The notes: generated by a model not told the origin, from the letters alone. A DNA stretch of 64,000 bases from Oligoflexales bacterium (GCA_041736175.1 JBGSUI010000249.1:1-64000); one strand, 5' to 3'. Positions 19,237-29,326 are shown, counted from the first letter of the stretch. Made by a program: numbers and translations.

Positions 19237-20835
19237 ATGAGCACAAGACGGCTTATCCCGCTGCTTTTCTTTATGGTGACGGCCTGTGGCAGCAAAAATC
19301 ATAAAAGCCCCCAGGGATCGCTCCCCCCAGGTGTCGATTCGGCCTTTGAGATCGCTTCACAAAAATATGGGATTCCCAAGCGATTTATGATGGCCGTGGG
19401 CTATCTTGAGTCACAGTTGGTCCCTTATACAGGGTCAGCGACTTATGTTGCCCTCGATCCTGGAACGGGTCCTCTGCTCCGTGGGACCTTTCTGACAGAA
19501 ACCGCATTTGGTTTGCCAATGGCCTCGCTTGGTCTTGATCCTAAACAACCAGCGAGTGAGACCCTTGAGGTTCAGATCAACGCCTATGGCGACTATTTGG
19601 CAAAGACCTTGAGTTCTAAAGGTCTGACTCTTAAATCGGCTCCCTCCACTCCTGAAGACCTTTTTCAGTGGATAGAAGCTCTGGCCACCATTCATCGCCG
19701 AGGGATGACCCAAAGACGAAATGTTCAGATCATTTTCGCTCGAGAACTTATCGACATCTTAAATACGGGTTTTATCTGGCAAGATCCAAGTAAAGATCAA
19801 ACCCTTGTCTTGCCACCGGAACCCCAAAAAATCCAGATCGATGGGTTTCCTGTAAACGGACGGAACTGGTTTAAACTCACAGAATTAGAATCCGAACTAA
19901 GACTCGCCACCTATTTGCCCTTGGTTACCGTGGCATCCGGAGAACACCGTGATCAACCCCGCCGGATTGAGGTGGTTCACTGCCCACTCTCCTTGTCTGG
20001 GTGTCTTGAGCTGCAAACCCGCGCAGAAGAATCCCAGGTTCGTTTGGCAGCTCACTATGTTATTCAACATGAAAAAAATCTTATGACCCGCATTATCCAG
20101 GTCGCTGACCATACGGAAGCCATGGTACTTACGGAGCCTACCGGCGAAGCTGTCCCCCACAAAGGATCTGTGATTCTGATGTTAGTAGGGCCTTCAGGGC
20201 GCATCGTTAAGGGTGTTAGAAACCCTGCTTTTCCCACTTGGTTTAATGACCATCAGTTACGGACCATGGGGCAGCTAATCAATGACCTTTGCACTCTTTT
20301 TGCCCAAAAAGATCCAAGCTTTAAGCGAGATCAATGTATGTCCATTGGTGGTGAACACGGGGTTAAGTTTCACAATCAGGATCAGAGCGAAGAATACACT
20401 TGGGGAATGATCGCCGACTTCGACCCGACTATCTTTGAGGCCTATATCAAAAATCCATCGGGACTAGGCTCTGAAGTCGCCTTTGACCCACAGGTGGGAA
20501 CGATGCCTACCCTGGCAGGTCAACCGGTAACCTTTAAAATGCTGTTTGACAACGAAAGTCGAATGCTGGAAATCGAGCGATTAAGCCGCTGCAGCGATGG
20601 AAAAGTCCTGTGGGAGCCGGTGCGACATCTCCAGGTGAGAGGACAAACAGCAGCTTCTATAAATGAGTCTTTTTATGATAGTGGTCCTAACAGGGATGGT
20701 GCCCAGTTTTTCCGTGTGCGAGTCTATTCTAAAGACTCTAAACTCCTGGGATGGGCTACCCAAAAAATCGGTCTTACCAAATTTGAGGGCGAACCTTTTT
20801 ACGCATCAGAAAAGCTTTGCAAGCGTTTTAAGTGA
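19237..20835 (+). CDS. Lipoprotein with lysozyme/SLT-like N-terminal region and degenerate Amidase_2-like domain
   Basis: Lipobox VTAC; AFEIASQKYGIP..MAVGYLES; RRIEVVH..AAHYVI..IIQV. Confidence 0.65.
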   Translation: MSTRRLIPLLFFMVTACGSKNHKSPQGSLPPGVDSAFEIASQKYGIPKRFMMAVGYLESQLVPYTGSATYVALDPGTGPLLRGTFLTETAFGLPMASLGLDPKQPASETLEVQINAYGDYLAKTLSSKGLTLKSAPSTPEDLFQWIEALATIHRRGMTQRRNVQIIFARELIDILNTGFIWQDPSKDQTLVLPPEPQKIQIDGFPVNGRNWFKLTELESELRLATYLPLVTVASGEHRDQPRRIEVVHCPLSLSGCLELQTRAEESQVRLAAHYVIQHEKNLMTRIIQVADHTEAMVLTEPTGEAVPHKGSVILMLVGPSGRIVKGVRNPAFPTWFNDHQLRTMGQLINDLCTLFAQKDPSFKRDQCMSIGGEHGVKFHNQDQSEEYTWGMIADFDPTIFEAYIKNPSGLGSEVAFDPQVGTMPTLAGQPVTFKMLFDNESRMLEIERLSRCSDGKVLWEPVRHLQVRGQTAASINESFYDSGPNRDGAQFFRVRVYSKDSKLLGWATQKIGLTKFEGEPFYASEKLCKRFK

Positions 20836-20857
20836 AGTTGTTTAGACAGGTCCAGAG

Positions 20858-21889
20858 TCACATGCCATCATTGCAACGTGGCAGTCGCAACTGAGAGACC
20901 CACCCGAACCGTTGGCTTGCCCACAGTGCCTGTATACCAAATCCTTTCACATACTCGTCGAGGGGATTGGAGGTCGCAAAGTTTTTGCGGCTTTGGTATA
21001 CAAACGCATTTTGGTTGACAAAAATACGATCGACGCGTGATGGACTCTCGTCACCGACTGTCGCTAAAAAGATTTCATTGGTTGGCGTGCTTGTATAACA
21101 GCGATTTTCTTCTAAACAAAATCCGGTGGCGACATCTTTGAGGTTGGTATCTTGCAGAAACTTAAGAAACGACTGGGACAAATCAGAAACAGGCAGATAC
21201 CCGCCGACGATGAGACGTTTTGGACAATAGTCGGGTCGGGACTCCTGCTCTTTAATTTTGCCTTCAATAAAGCCTAACCACACACTCTCTGTACCAGGGG
21301 GGACATCTAAATGGACATTAAAGATATCGACCGACTGGTCCTCGTAGGATAGGACAGCGTGCTGCAAAAAGCCGGTATGCCCTAAGGGCCACATCTGCCC
21401 TATGGGTTTGCCAGTGGGTTGGTTTACAAATCGACCCGAGGAGGAAATGGCAATGACCATAGACTCCTTTTCTTGGGTATCCAAAAACTGCTGAACATCT
21501 TGTTCTTGCCATTCGTAATCCTGCAGGGCTCCAGCTGATAAGATAGCCTTATCGGATTCCGAACGGTTGCCAATTCTTGCCATAGAATGCTGCAGCATTA
21601 AAACATCGGGTTTGATATTACGAAGATCTAGATCGATGATCGCCAGACGATGGCGTCGTAAAATCCAGTCTCCTTTCCACATTTTTGATGATAATCGACC
21701 TTTAAGGCGCTGGTTATAGAGATTTAAAGATTGAACTGTTAAAGGCCTTTGATCATAAGCAGAGCTTTGACTAAACAGCCATGCACAGCCACTGATTAAA
21801 AAAGCTGGCACCAAGGTGCTCAAAAAGAGTGCCAAAAATGCAGCCAACTTTTGACTAAGATTCCACGGTCTCCCTTTTATGGCTAACAT
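20858..21889 (-). CDS. Exonuclease/endonuclease/phosphatase (EEP) fold lipoprotein, degenerate active site
   Basis: Lipobox ISGC; SLNLY, PDVLMLQ, NVHL, RVDRIF. Confidence 0.7.
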   Translation of the reverse strand: MLAIKGRPWNLSQKLAAFLALFLSTLVPAFLISGCAWLFSQSSAYDQRPLTVQSLNLYNQRLKGRLSSKMWKGDWILRRHRLAIIDLDLRNIKPDVLMLQHSMARIGNRSESDKAILSAGALQDYEWQEQDVQQFLDTQEKESMVIAISSSGRFVNQPTGKPIGQMWPLGHTGFLQHAVLSYEDQSVDIFNVHLDVPPGTESVWLGFIEGKIKEQESRPDYCPKRLIVGGYLPVSDLSQSFLKFLQDTNLKDVATGFCLEENRCYTSTPTNEIFLATVGDESPSRVDRIFVNQNAFVYQSRKNFATSNPLDEYVKGFGIQALWASQRFGWVSQLRLPRCNDGM

Positions 21890-23046
21890 CCGAGAGACCT
21901 TGATATGACGATCCGTTGGATTTCACTGGTTCCTTCGCCAATCCTCAGGAGAGCTGCGTCCCTGTAAAAGCGTTCAATAGGATATTCTTTCATGAGTCCA
22001 TATCCCCCAAAGGTTTGCTGGCCTTCTCTAGCGCAAAACTCCGCAACCTCTGAGCAATAGAGTTTGGCCATCGCTGCGATTTTTTGGAAGGGCTTATGGT
22101 GTTGCTTAAGGTAGCAAGCTTTATAGAGCAGTCCTTCGGCGGCTTCGATTCTCGTGGCCATCTCTGCCAACTTAAAAGCGACCACTTGATGTTTAATCAA
22201 GGGGACGCCAAATGTTTTTCGTTCTTTGGCGTATTTAAGCGTCATTTCGAGGGCGCCTTTGGCTAAACCCAAACCCATGGCTCCTATGGACAGACGTCCA
22301 TTATCAAGGGTCTCCATCATAATCTTAAACCCCTGGCCTCTTTCACCCAAAAGACTGTGCTCAGGCACGCGGACATCGTCAAAATAAAGCTCTCCCGTAT
22401 TGGAGCTTCGCCACATCATCTTACCGTGCATCACCTTTGCCGTGAGGCCCTTGGTGCCAGCGGGTACAATAAAACAGCTGAGTTCGGGTCGACCATCGGA
22501 CTTGTGCCCAGTGACTGCTTGGACTGTGATGCCTTGGGTCAATGGGGAAGCGCTATTTGTAATCCAGATTTTGCTTCCATTGATAACCCACTCTCTTTTG
22601 TCTGAGTCAAACTGAGCTTTTGTTTTGCTTGATTGGGCATCACTCCCCGCCTCTGGCTCGGTCAATCCAAAGGACCAGAGAGCCTTCCCCGTACATAGAC
22701 TGGGGAGATATTGTTTTTTTTGGGCTTCAGTCCCGTAGTAGTATAGAGGTCCTGCGCCGAGGCTATTGTGGGCTGCAATGGTTGCGGCCTGTGAGCCATC
22801 TATCCGGGCCAGCTCTTCCACAGCCACGATATAGGATAGGTAGTCCATTCCTTGACCACCATATTGGGGGTCTACAATCGTGCCAAAGAGTCCAAGCTCA
22901 CCCATTTTAATGGTAAGTTCGGTGGAGAATTCCTCCTTTTCGTCCAAAGAGTGAGCTTTGGGTGCGATTTCTTTTTCTGCAAACTGGCGAACTGAATGTC
23001 GTAAAATATTGATCTCTTGGTTGTAGAAAGATTCATAAAAATCCAT
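21883..23046 (-). CDS. Acyl-CoA dehydrogenase
   Basis: FGLTEPEAGSDA, INGSKIWITN, GGYG, IGEGTSEIQR. Confidence 0.95.
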   Translation of the reverse strand: MDFYESFYNQEINILRHSVRQFAEKEIAPKAHSLDEKEEFSTELTIKMGELGLFGTIVDPQYGGQGMDYLSYIVAVEELARIDGSQAATIAAHNSLGAGPLYYYGTEAQKKQYLPSLCTGKALWSFGLTEPEAGSDAQSSKTKAQFDSDKREWVINGSKIWITNSASPLTQGITVQAVTGHKSDGRPELSCFIVPAGTKGLTAKVMHGKMMWRSSNTGELYFDDVRVPEHSLLGERGQGFKIMMETLDNGRLSIGAMGLGLAKGALEMTLKYAKERKTFGVPLIKHQVVAFKLAEMATRIEAAEGLLYKACYLKQHHKPFQKIAAMAKLYCSEVAEFCAREGQQTFGGYGLMKEYPIERFYRDAALLRIGEGTSEIQRIVISRSLGC

Positions 23047-23100
23047 CGCAAGTCTCCAATGGGGCTCTTTTAAAAGAGCTGTTCTAGTCCCGTTCACTTT

Positions 23101-24330
23101 CTAACTCTCACCTTCATCTTCACCTTCATCTTCCCAAGTGGCTTCAACGTCAACATTAAGGTCTCTCACCCGACCTTCTCGTCCCGAAGCGCCACCTAAG
23201 ATAGAAAGGTAGCTGCGATATCGTGGTTGTGAAAGCACTCCTTGATTCACTCCTTCTCGAATAGCACACTCCGGCTCATCGCGGTGATGGCATTCTCGGT
23301 AGCGGCATTTGCCCAGGAAAGGCACAAACTCCACAAAACAGTAGGCGAGATCGCGTGCATGGCGATCATCAAAGGTAAAACTCCTAATCCCTGGTGTGTC
23401 GATGACATACCCACCCGATCCGAGTTTTATAAAGCTTGCAAATGTGGTGGTATGCCTGCCTTTATAAAAAATATTGCTATCCTCCTCCACCGGCTGGACA
23501 ATTTCTGGATCAAAGAGGTTTACTAGGCTGGATTTACCGACTCCAGAATGTCCTGAGAGTAAGGTGATTTTGCCGTCAAGGAGATCGCCGATTGCCTTAA
23601 ATTGAGGGTCTTTGAGGTTAGGGTTGTCACCTTGGATCTGCAAATCGAAGACAGGATACCCAATTTTTGTATAGAGATCTCGCATAAAAATACATTGGCG
23701 ATAAAAGTCTGAGTCTTTTTCTCCCCTTAAAAGGTCATGTTTATTAAGAATGATAACCGAGGGGATTTTTTCAGTCTCGGCTAATACCAGATAACGGTCG
23801 ATGAGGCCCCACTTGATCGTGGGATGCAGGTAGCTTGAAACAATAAGAAGCTGATCCATATTCGAAGCAAGGACATGGGTGATGCGACTATTATGGGGGT
23901 CATGCCGGGCAATCGCAGCTGTCCTAGGCGCAAGGTGCTCGATCACACACCGAGGTAGTTCCGATGGAATCTCAATGTCTAATTCCATTGCAGCGGTGCA
24001 TAGGACGCGGTCTCCGACGGCGACAAAATTGCGCTCTTGCCGATCTGCTTGGCGAAACTTTCGTGCGACTTCCGCAAGCCAAACGTCATTGGTTTTGATA
24101 TGACCTAACTGGGGTTCCGTCGAAATAAAAACATAGCGTTTATGGACCTCGACCACTCTTGCAGCAAAAGAACCTGCTGCGATTTTGTCGATCCAAGTAG
24201 ACTCTGGCTTTTCAAAAGCTTCACGAAGATTGGCATTTTTTGAAGTTTTTTTATGGCTTTTTCTAATCTTTACTGTTTTGGAATAGGCATCGTCATCATC
24301 ATCTCCATCCCCACCGCGCCACTTTCCCAT
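23101..24330 (-). CDS. rsgA: Ribosome small subunit-dependent GTPase A
   Basis: NKHD, GHSGVGKSS, GRHTTT, DTPG, CRYRECHHRDEPEC zinc finger. Confidence 0.96.
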   Translation of the reverse strand: MGKWRGGDGDDDDDAYSKTVKIRKSHKKTSKNANLREAFEKPESTWIDKIAAGSFAARVVEVHKRYVFISTEPQLGHIKTNDVWLAEVARKFRQADRQERNFVAVGDRVLCTAAMELDIEIPSELPRCVIEHLAPRTAAIARHDPHNSRITHVLASNMDQLLIVSSYLHPTIKWGLIDRYLVLAETEKIPSVIILNKHDLLRGEKDSDFYRQCIFMRDLYTKIGYPVFDLQIQGDNPNLKDPQFKAIGDLLDGKITLLSGHSGVGKSSLVNLFDPEIVQPVEEDSNIFYKGRHTTTFASFIKLGSGGYVIDTPGIRSFTFDDRHARDLAYCFVEFVPFLGKCRYRECHHRDEPECAIREGVNQGVLSQPRYRSYLSILGGASGREGRVRDLNVDVEATWEDEGEDEGES

Positions 24331-24363
24331 TTCACGATCCCATCTTAATGATCTCTTGGTTTC

Positions 24364-26916
24364 TTAATTGAAGGTGAGATTTGAAATCTCGTTTTTCCCG
24401 CTAAAAGATCCATTTCGCTGCTGGTTGCGGGCTAACTGCAAAACACTTTGCCGAATATCCTGAGATAGCAGTCCGAGAGCACAGGACTCTAAATCGATAA
24501 TCGATGGCTTGGAAACATACTCGTTGCTCTCATGATTGTCGAGGTATTCATTTTCGACTAAGATCGATAGGAATTGCCCAATGGTGGATTTTTCAAACAA
24601 TTCTGCCTCCGGAGTTCCACCTAGGATCGAAACTCTTCGGGCCATAAGCAAACAATCTTTTTCAAAGTCATCCCTACGAAACTTTGGCTGGGAGTTTGAT
24701 AGCAGGACGATAAAACAAATGGAGCAGCGCTCTATAAGGGTTCCAAGGGTTCCAGCTAAAATCATCAAATTCGATAGTTTAGGAGCCATTACATCGGGGC
24801 GTTGGATAAATCGATATCCATCTGATTCTTCTAGGACGAGGAGCTGTTCTTGTAGGAGAGTACCCAAAGCATCGTCAATCGCTTGGCTGACTTCATCCCG
24901 GTTCCATCTTAAAAAAAGCTCTTTGTGCAGAAAAGGGTAGAGTAACAAGGCATTGGCCTTTAGGGTTTCTTCCTTAATCAGTGTATTGTGACTAAAAAAA
25001 GCTGCTAATAAAGCTGGCAATGCCAATAGATGCATGACATTGCTGCGGTAGTACCCGAGCTGTACCACGTCGGAGTTATCGATATAAATGACATCTCCAC
25101 TTGGGTGCTGGAATTTTTTTACCGGAAAGACCCGGGAGACCTGCTGCAGGATTTCTTGACCTGTTCCTACCTCAAGCGCGATATGAGGCGAGTAAGGAGC
25201 GTGCCGGATAAGCTGAACTAGACTGTCCATCATCGTAATGAGATCTTCTTGTGGAAGGGCCTTAGCGGGAACACTCATCATCACTAGGCCAAAAACCCCC
25301 ATGGGGCTGACCACGGCTGACTGGTTAATTCGCCGTAGAGTGCTGTCAGCGAGGTTTGCCACGACGGGGCTTAGCCACTTGGGCTTGTCGTCATGATTCC
25401 CTAGATCTGAGCTCCAATCGGGTTGCTGGCTGTCTAAAAAATCCTTGAGTAAAATCGGTTGTCCAAAACTGATATAAGCTTTTCCAAACTTAGACTTTAA
25501 CTCTGACCGAGCTTTGAACATCTGGCTGATCGATTCTTTTTGTTTTTTTGCCCCACGCAGTTCTGACTGGTAAGTTCTCACTTCCATAACCTTGTCATAA
25601 CCCACATAGATAGGGACAAATGCTACAGGTTTATTAAGGTTTTTCAGATAGCATTGCACGATCATGGACAGGAGTCCCGTTTTGCCAGGGAGCAGGCGCC
25701 CCGTTCGACTGCGTCCTCCTTCCAAATAAAATTTAATAGGATGACCCTTGCCGACTAAGTAATGGACATACTCAGAAAATATCGCTGCATACATTCTATT
25801 GCCCGAAAATGTTCGCCGCAAATAAAAGGCCCCACCCATCCGCAAAAGCGGTCCCACAGGCCAAAAATTGAGGTTCACACCTGCAGCAGTATGGGGTGGC
25901 ACCATACCTTCGTAGTACAAAACATACGCTAAAAGTAGATAATCCATATGGCTGCGGTGCGAAGGCATATAGATGATTTCGTGACTGGGATCGATCTCTC
26001 GAAGGTGCTGCGAATGAATGATTGTAACGCCATTAAAGATCCGGTTCCAAAACCAGGTCATAAAAACATCGGCAATTCGTATAAAAGAGTATTTTTGATT
26101 GGAGATGACTTCTTTTATATAACGTTTAGCCCTTTGCTCAGCTCTTTTCTCAGAAATCTTTTTTTTCCGCGATTCATCCAAGATAGCATCTTTGATAACC
26201 GGACTCCGCAGGAGCTGTTCCATCACCTGGTCCCTACTGGGGAGCTGGGGGCCTAAGGCGGCGTTGCGTTGTAGCCTAAAATGGATTTTTAGGACTCTGG
26301 TGACTTTTTTTGCAAGGTCCCCAAGACTTAAGTTCTGGCTGCCATTCTCCGCGAGGGTTTGGGTCATAGAAATGGGTTTGCCAAAACTCACAAAGGTTGA
26401 TCGACCCTGGGCGAGTACGATAAATAATTTTTGTATAAATCCCGCGTGATCGTTGTCAAAAAAGAGCAGTTTCAGTATTGATTTTTCGTCCCGTCCAGGG
26501 TTCCGACCCCAGAAGATTGAAACAGGTATCAGTTTAACGTCACTATCGAAACCTGGCTTTTGGACCATTTCGAAAAAGCTTTGGAACGGAAAATGGTGCG
26601 GCGTTTTATGTTTTTGCACAGAAAAAAGCAATTCTTTACGCATTTCTACAAACGTAGCCCCCTTACTCTGAAACATGGAATCGGAGTTAAGGAGCGGCTC
26701 TGGAAGCCCCATTTTTCGGCAGATTTCCCACAATACCAGTAAATCCATCAGAGAGTTGGTTCGCAGAACATAGCAGATTTTGTCGCTAGGAGTGATTCCT
26801 AACTCCTCTTGGAGCTCTTTAGGATTGACGGTAAACCGAATCAAAGGACGCAGCAGCTTCAGTAGCCAAAAAAAGTAGTTTAGTTTGTTTTTCTCTTGTT
26901 TCAAAATTAACCCCAA
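24364..26916 (-). CDS. plsB: Glycerol-3-phosphate O-acyltransferase
   Basis: HRSHMDYL, GAFYLRR, EGGRSRTG. Confidence 0.95.
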   Translation of the reverse strand: MGLILKQEKNKLNYFFWLLKLLRPLIRFTVNPKELQEELGITPSDKICYVLRTNSLMDLLVLWEICRKMGLPEPLLNSDSMFQSKGATFVEMRKELLFSVQKHKTPHHFPFQSFFEMVQKPGFDSDVKLIPVSIFWGRNPGRDEKSILKLLFFDNDHAGFIQKLFIVLAQGRSTFVSFGKPISMTQTLAENGSQNLSLGDLAKKVTRVLKIHFRLQRNAALGPQLPSRDQVMEQLLRSPVIKDAILDESRKKKISEKRAEQRAKRYIKEVISNQKYSFIRIADVFMTWFWNRIFNGVTIIHSQHLREIDPSHEIIYMPSHRSHMDYLLLAYVLYYEGMVPPHTAAGVNLNFWPVGPLLRMGGAFYLRRTFSGNRMYAAIFSEYVHYLVGKGHPIKFYLEGGRSRTGRLLPGKTGLLSMIVQCYLKNLNKPVAFVPIYVGYDKVMEVRTYQSELRGAKKQKESISQMFKARSELKSKFGKAYISFGQPILLKDFLDSQQPDWSSDLGNHDDKPKWLSPVVANLADSTLRRINQSAVVSPMGVFGLVMMSVPAKALPQEDLITMMDSLVQLIRHAPYSPHIALEVGTGQEILQQVSRVFPVKKFQHPSGDVIYIDNSDVVQLGYYRSNVMHLLALPALLAAFFSHNTLIKEETLKANALLLYPFLHKELFLRWNRDEVSQAIDDALGTLLQEQLLVLEESDGYRFIQRPDVMAPKLSNLMILAGTLGTLIERCSICFIVLLSNSQPKFRRDDFEKDCLLMARRVSILGGTPEAELFEKSTIGQFLSILVENEYLDNHESNEYVSKPSIIDLESCALGLLSQDIRQSVLQLARNQQRNGSFSGKNEISNLTFN

Positions 26917-27768
26917 TCAAATAAGCTCAATATTATCGATCAGCCGCGTTTTACCGAGTTTAGCTGCGATCAATACTACAGCGGGCGCATCAACCTTTTC
27001 AGCAAAATCGTCCAATGTTTTTTGGTCCCTAATTTCAATATATTCGATGCTAATGCTGCTTGACTGAACTTTTTCAAGTATAATCGAGAGAATCTTTGTT
27101 TTTTTCCGTTCGCCCTGTTGAAACGCACTCTTGGCGGCAAAGAGACCTTGGCTAAGGCGCACGGCTTCGCGTCGGTCGTCAGGACTTAAGTAGCGATTGC
27201 GACTGCTCATAGCGAGACCATCCGGTTCACGGAGGGTTTCGCAAGCTAAAATATTTATATTTAAATTGAGATCACTCACCATTTGGGTAATCAGGCTTAC
27301 CTGCTGGTAGTCTTTTTTGCCGAAAGCTGCAATTTGAGGTTCGGTAAGATTAAACAGTTTGAGGACCACTGTCAGCACACCATTAAAATGGCCCGGTCGG
27401 CTGGAGCCGCAGAGCATGGAGGCCATTTTTTTGTTGTGGATTTCGGTCTGAAAACCCTCAGGGTAGATCGTCGCAATATTAGGAACAAAAACCGCGTCGA
27501 CGTTATTTTGTTGCAAAATATCAAGATCGGCCTTAAAGGTCCGAGGGTATCTTTCGAAATCTTCCGCTGGCCCAAACTGAAGTGGATTGACAAAGATACT
27601 GACAAGGACCTGATCACAGTGTTCTCTTATCTGACGAGTTAGCGAGATGTGGCCCTCATGGAGAGCGCCCATGGTTGGGACAAACCCCACACGCTGGCCA
27701 CGACCCTTAAGGTCCTCTCGCCAAGCTCTAACCTCTGTGTGCGTGATGAGCGTCAGTGGCCGTTCCAT
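26917..27768 (-). CDS. panC: Pantoate-beta-alanine ligase
   Basis: VPTMGALHEGH, SIFVNPLQF, FGKKDYQQ, GLAMSSRN, RLIDN; GGGAGG RBS before ATG 27768. Confidence 0.97.
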   Translation of the reverse strand: MERPLTLITHTEVRAWREDLKGRGQRVGFVPTMGALHEGHISLTRQIREHCDQVLVSIFVNPLQFGPAEDFERYPRTFKADLDILQQNNVDAVFVPNIATIYPEGFQTEIHNKKMASMLCGSSRPGHFNGVLTVVLKLFNLTEPQIAAFGKKDYQQVSLITQMVSDLNLNINILACETLREPDGLAMSSRNRYLSPDDRREAVRLSQGLFAAKSAFQQGERKKTKILSIILEKVQSSSISIEYIEIRDQKTLDDFAEKVDAPAVVLIAAKLGKTRLIDNIELI

Positions 27769-27909
27769 CGCCCCTCCCTTTCTATTCGACAAATTCTATG
27801 GGCCCTCGGATGATGGCCGCTGAACCTAATATCATCCAGACCATGGATTTTGTAAACATATGTCCTGCCTCAGAATCCCACAGAAGGCTCTTTAGCATGG
27901 ACAAAAAAG

Positions 27910-28135
27910 GGTGGCATCAGTCAGGAAATCACAACTTCACCCTCCTGGTGAAGTGGCCCCATCGTGGGCCGGCACATTAACGGCTACCGAGGTAGCCCAT
28001 CATTCCCCTACGAACTCATTTATGATTCAAGTCCGTTCTGATGCAAACCAAAAACGCTCTTTATGAGCTTGATAAATGAATCGGTGAGAATCATGCTAAC
28101 TTTAGTGGGAGGTGGAATGAGGGATTGATGTCATC
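27910..28135 (+). ncRNA. Candidate structured non-coding RNA of unknown family
   Basis: 13-bp terminal helix 27910-27922/28123-28135 with three G-U pairs, three perfect hairpins and one long interrupted hairpin, in an intergenic gap with no credible protein gene. Confidence 0.65.
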
Positions 28136-28189
28136 AGTGCAATGCTCTGAAATCAATGGAATATATACGTGAATTGAGGGGCGTTGAAC

Positions 28190-29326
28190 TTATTCCGGTT
28201 TGAGGGTTATTCTCCTGATACGACCCTTTTGTCCCAGAGTTCCTAGGTCTTTTCCATTGTATTGGATTCTGATCGCACCAGCATCGTAGATAAGAAGGTC
28301 TGCTCTATCATTGAACTGGTACCGATAGGTTTCTGGTTTCAGCTCAATAACTTTCATGGATGACCCATCAAAACCGATCTTGACTTTTGCGGTTTCGACC
28401 ACCACCAACGTAATATTTTGGGCGCCGCTCTGGAAAACATGATCACTTAGCTCGCCTGCAGGACGATCCAAAGCTTTGGCCAAGGTATCCAGGGGAGCCC
28501 CTATCGCAGGTGTCATTCCCTTGACCATTGTCATCGCTGATTTAGATGAGCTGGAGGGACGATCCTCGTTGGTCAAGACCAAAGGGGGACGAAGGGCCGC
28601 GGGCTTTTGGGTCTGGTCCTGGGAAAGAGTGGAACCAAATTCCCCTAATGGTTGTTTGGCTACAGAGGTGGTTTTGGAATCTGGAGGGGGAAGGTGCAGA
28701 TCTTGCCGATTTTGGGGAGAACTCTTAAGGAATGACCAAAACTGAGTTACGGGGCGACTGGCCCCCATTTTACCTAGGTAGCCTCTGTTTCCAAAAAGGG
28801 TAAACGTTAGACCTAAAGTGAGAAGGATCACGATACCGGTGACAGGGCCAGCAACCCAAAGGGGCAAGATCCGGGTAAGGCTCTTTAGGCCCTTTGAGTT
28901 CCCTGAATAGCGAGTTCTTTTAGAGCCTCTACGACCCCCAGTGATTTTAGGGCTTCTTGGGCTTTTTGGAGTCCATGGGCTTCGAGGTAATGTCTCTGCC
29001 GCATAGTGGCGGCCACTGACGCCTCGTCCGATCGATCCTCGCCCAAATCCTTCCAGGTTCGAAGCTGGTCCACAGGCATCGTTATAGGCTTCCGTCCACT
29101 CCCTTTCGTTTGCTCCCATAGTTTTAATTAAGGACCTCACAAACCCACGACCAAAAACCTGGCCTGGCAGATTTTCAAACTCTCCATCTTCCAGAGCTTT
29201 TATAAAAGGCTGGCTGATCCGGGTGGTTTGGGCGAGGGCTTCTACGGAAATCCCCAGCGATTCCCTTAGGTCCTGCAGTTTTTGGCCAAACTTGCGCCTA
29301 CTATCCAATGCTGATTCCTTGTCCAT
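28190..29326 (-). CDS. rodZ: RodZ-like membrane protein (HTH_25, TM, DUF4115)
   Basis: GQKLQDLRES..TRIS..ALEDGEFENLPGQVFGRGFVRS; single TM; DAGAIRIQYNGKDLGTLG. Confidence 0.85.
   Translation of the reverse strand: MDKESALDSRRKFGQKLQDLRESLGISVEALAQTTRISQPFIKALEDGEFENLPGQVFGRGFVRSLIKTMGANEREWTEAYNDACGPASNLEGFGRGSIGRGVSGRHYAAETLPRSPWTPKSPRSPKITGGRRGSKRTRYSGNSKGLKSLTRILPLWVAGPVTGIVILLTLGLTFTLFGNRGYLGKMGASRPVTQFWSFLKSSPQNRQDLHLPPPDSKTTSVAKQPLGEFGSTLSQDQTQKPAALRPPLVLTNEDRPSSSSKSAMTMVKGMTPAIGAPLDTLAKALDRPAGELSDHVFQSGAQNITLVVVETAKVKIGFDGSSMKVIELKPETYRYQFNDRADLLIYDAGAIRIQYNGKDLGTLGQKGRIRRITLKPE

Noticed and set aside
27756..27980. 74-aa + strand ORF overlapping the panC start and the structured RNA
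   Set aside because: No RBS or recognisable protein features; the RNA structure explains the region better.
27918..28100. RNase P-like words (CAGGAAATC; TTGATAAATGA..AGAATCATGCTAA) in the ncRNA candidate
   Set aside because: The two halves do not form the P4 helix and the element is too short, so it is not called rnpB.
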